Made by a program: the position numbers and the translations under genes
Shown here: one piece after another, positions 63,292 through 64,000 of the stretch
Numbering within the stretch: the stretch's first letter is position 1
Layout: every line of letters begins with the position of its first letter
Notes under the pieces: generated by a model
Seen by the model: only the letters and a program-made list of their open reading frames with translations
What the model was told of the DNA's origin: nothing
The model's database searches: none
DNA from: a virus
Taxonomy: Duplodnaviria > Caudoviricetes
Strand: one strand, 5' to 3'
Virus record (IMG/VR): IMGVR_UViG_3300021959_007005
DNA: 64,000 nt

Positions 63292-63666
63292 ATGAAAATT
63301 AATGAAGTGATACAAATAGTAGAAGAAGTTACGCTAGAAGATGATCAAGACTTCCATGAAGAATATGGCTATCTAGCATACAGCATTGATGAAAGTGATT
63401 TGTTCGAAGCAGAGTATCAAGGACGTAAAGTTAAACTAAACAAGCCAATGCGTGGCGATGTTAAAAAGTTTAAAGTATATGTTAAGAATAAAAAAGGCAA
63501 TGTTATCAAAGTTAACTTTGGACACGGTGGTACTAGTGCCAAACGTCCAACAATGCGTATACGCAAAAGCAATCCAAAAGCACGTAAGAGTTTTAGAGCA
63601 AGACATAATTGCGATAACCCAGGGCCAAAGACTAAGGCACGTTACTGGTCATGTAGAAAGTGGTGA
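63292..63666 (+). CDS. Conserved T4-like marine phage protein with basic C-terminal domain
   Basis: EAEYQGRKVKLNKP...KSFRARHNC...RYWSCRKW. Confidence 0.7.
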   Translation: MKINEVIQIVEEVTLEDDQDFHEEYGYLAYSIDESDLFEAEYQGRKVKLNKPMRGDVKKFKVYVKNKKGNVIKVNFGHGGTSAKRPTMRIRKSNPKARKSFRARHNCDNPGPKTKARYWSCRKW

Positions 63667-63667
63667 T

Positions 63668-64000
63668 ATGAAAGCTGAAGATTTAAGGTTACCTGCAGCC
63701 GCAGCAGGATTAAGAACAGGTACTTCATTTAAAAAAGGTGCTAAAGCGAGTGGACCAGTGAGTCAAGCTACTTACAATCGTGAAATGGGAGCTTTAGCAA
63801 GAAGTAAAACAGCCGTAAAACCAACAAAACAGATTCCAATGCCAGGGCGTGGTGTAAATGAACTTAAAATAGTTAAGCCTAATCCTAAGGATACCAAAGG
63901 TATTAAACGTAGTGATATGCCACAAGTGTCCAAAAAAGATTATCCAGAATTTTTTGAATACTTAAAATCTAACGGTGCTACTTTTGAGATGCAAAGAGAT
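63668..64000 (+). CDS. Hypothetical protein, truncated by window end (not in ORF track)
   Basis: Open frame from ATG 63668 to end; RSDMPQV. Confidence 0.6.
   Translation, partial: MKAEDLRLPAAAAGLRTGTSFKKGAKASGPVSQATYNREMGALARSKTAVKPTKQIPMPGRGVNELKIVKPNPKDTKGIKRSDMPQVSKKDYPEFFEYLKSNGATFEMQRD

Noticed and set aside
1-64000. Stop-codon recoding as in some huge phages
   Set aside because: Recognisable enzymes are full length in code 11, and TAG, TGA and TAA all occur as genuine, often coupled, stops.
1-64000. Bacterial chromosome origin of the housekeeping genes
   Set aside because: The operons are incomplete and scrambled, mixed with clamp loader, spanins, T4-type late motifs and many phage ORFans.

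Overview
This is a fragment of a large AT-rich lytic phage genome (jumbo, T4-like regulation), read in the standard genetic code. The host is probably a marine alphaproteobacterium, most likely Rhodobacterales (inferred from the permuted tmRNA with tag ANANRAPEMALAA, pseudoazurin, DUF1127 and aa3 COX subunit IV). Host-derived functions are dense: translation (IF3, bS21, tmRNA), proteostasis (ClpA, ClpS, DnaJ, GroES, Hsp20), carbon and nucleotide metabolism (Gap, class I Fba, PckA, Prs, PurS, PyrF, GuaC, two QueD), redox (FdxA, IscA, pseudoazurin) and phosphate (PhoH, PiT-like). It also encodes replication parts (ligase, clamp loader, a stand-alone DnaE fragment), two SleB hydrolases, a likely spanin pair, a minus-strand block of secreted repeat proteins and many small early genes. 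The best leads are non-coding: (1) a two-piece tmRNA whose intervening segment holds a complete 62-aa gene; (2) a duplicated ~100-nt late leader with compensatory base changes; (3) a ~330-nt structured orphan RNA after rpsU; (4) seven sigma70 promoters with one 18-bp palindrome in the spacer; (5) a ROSE-like thermometer. I found no tRNA, rRNA, CRISPR array or transposase. All family calls come from motif recognition by eye; no database searches were run.
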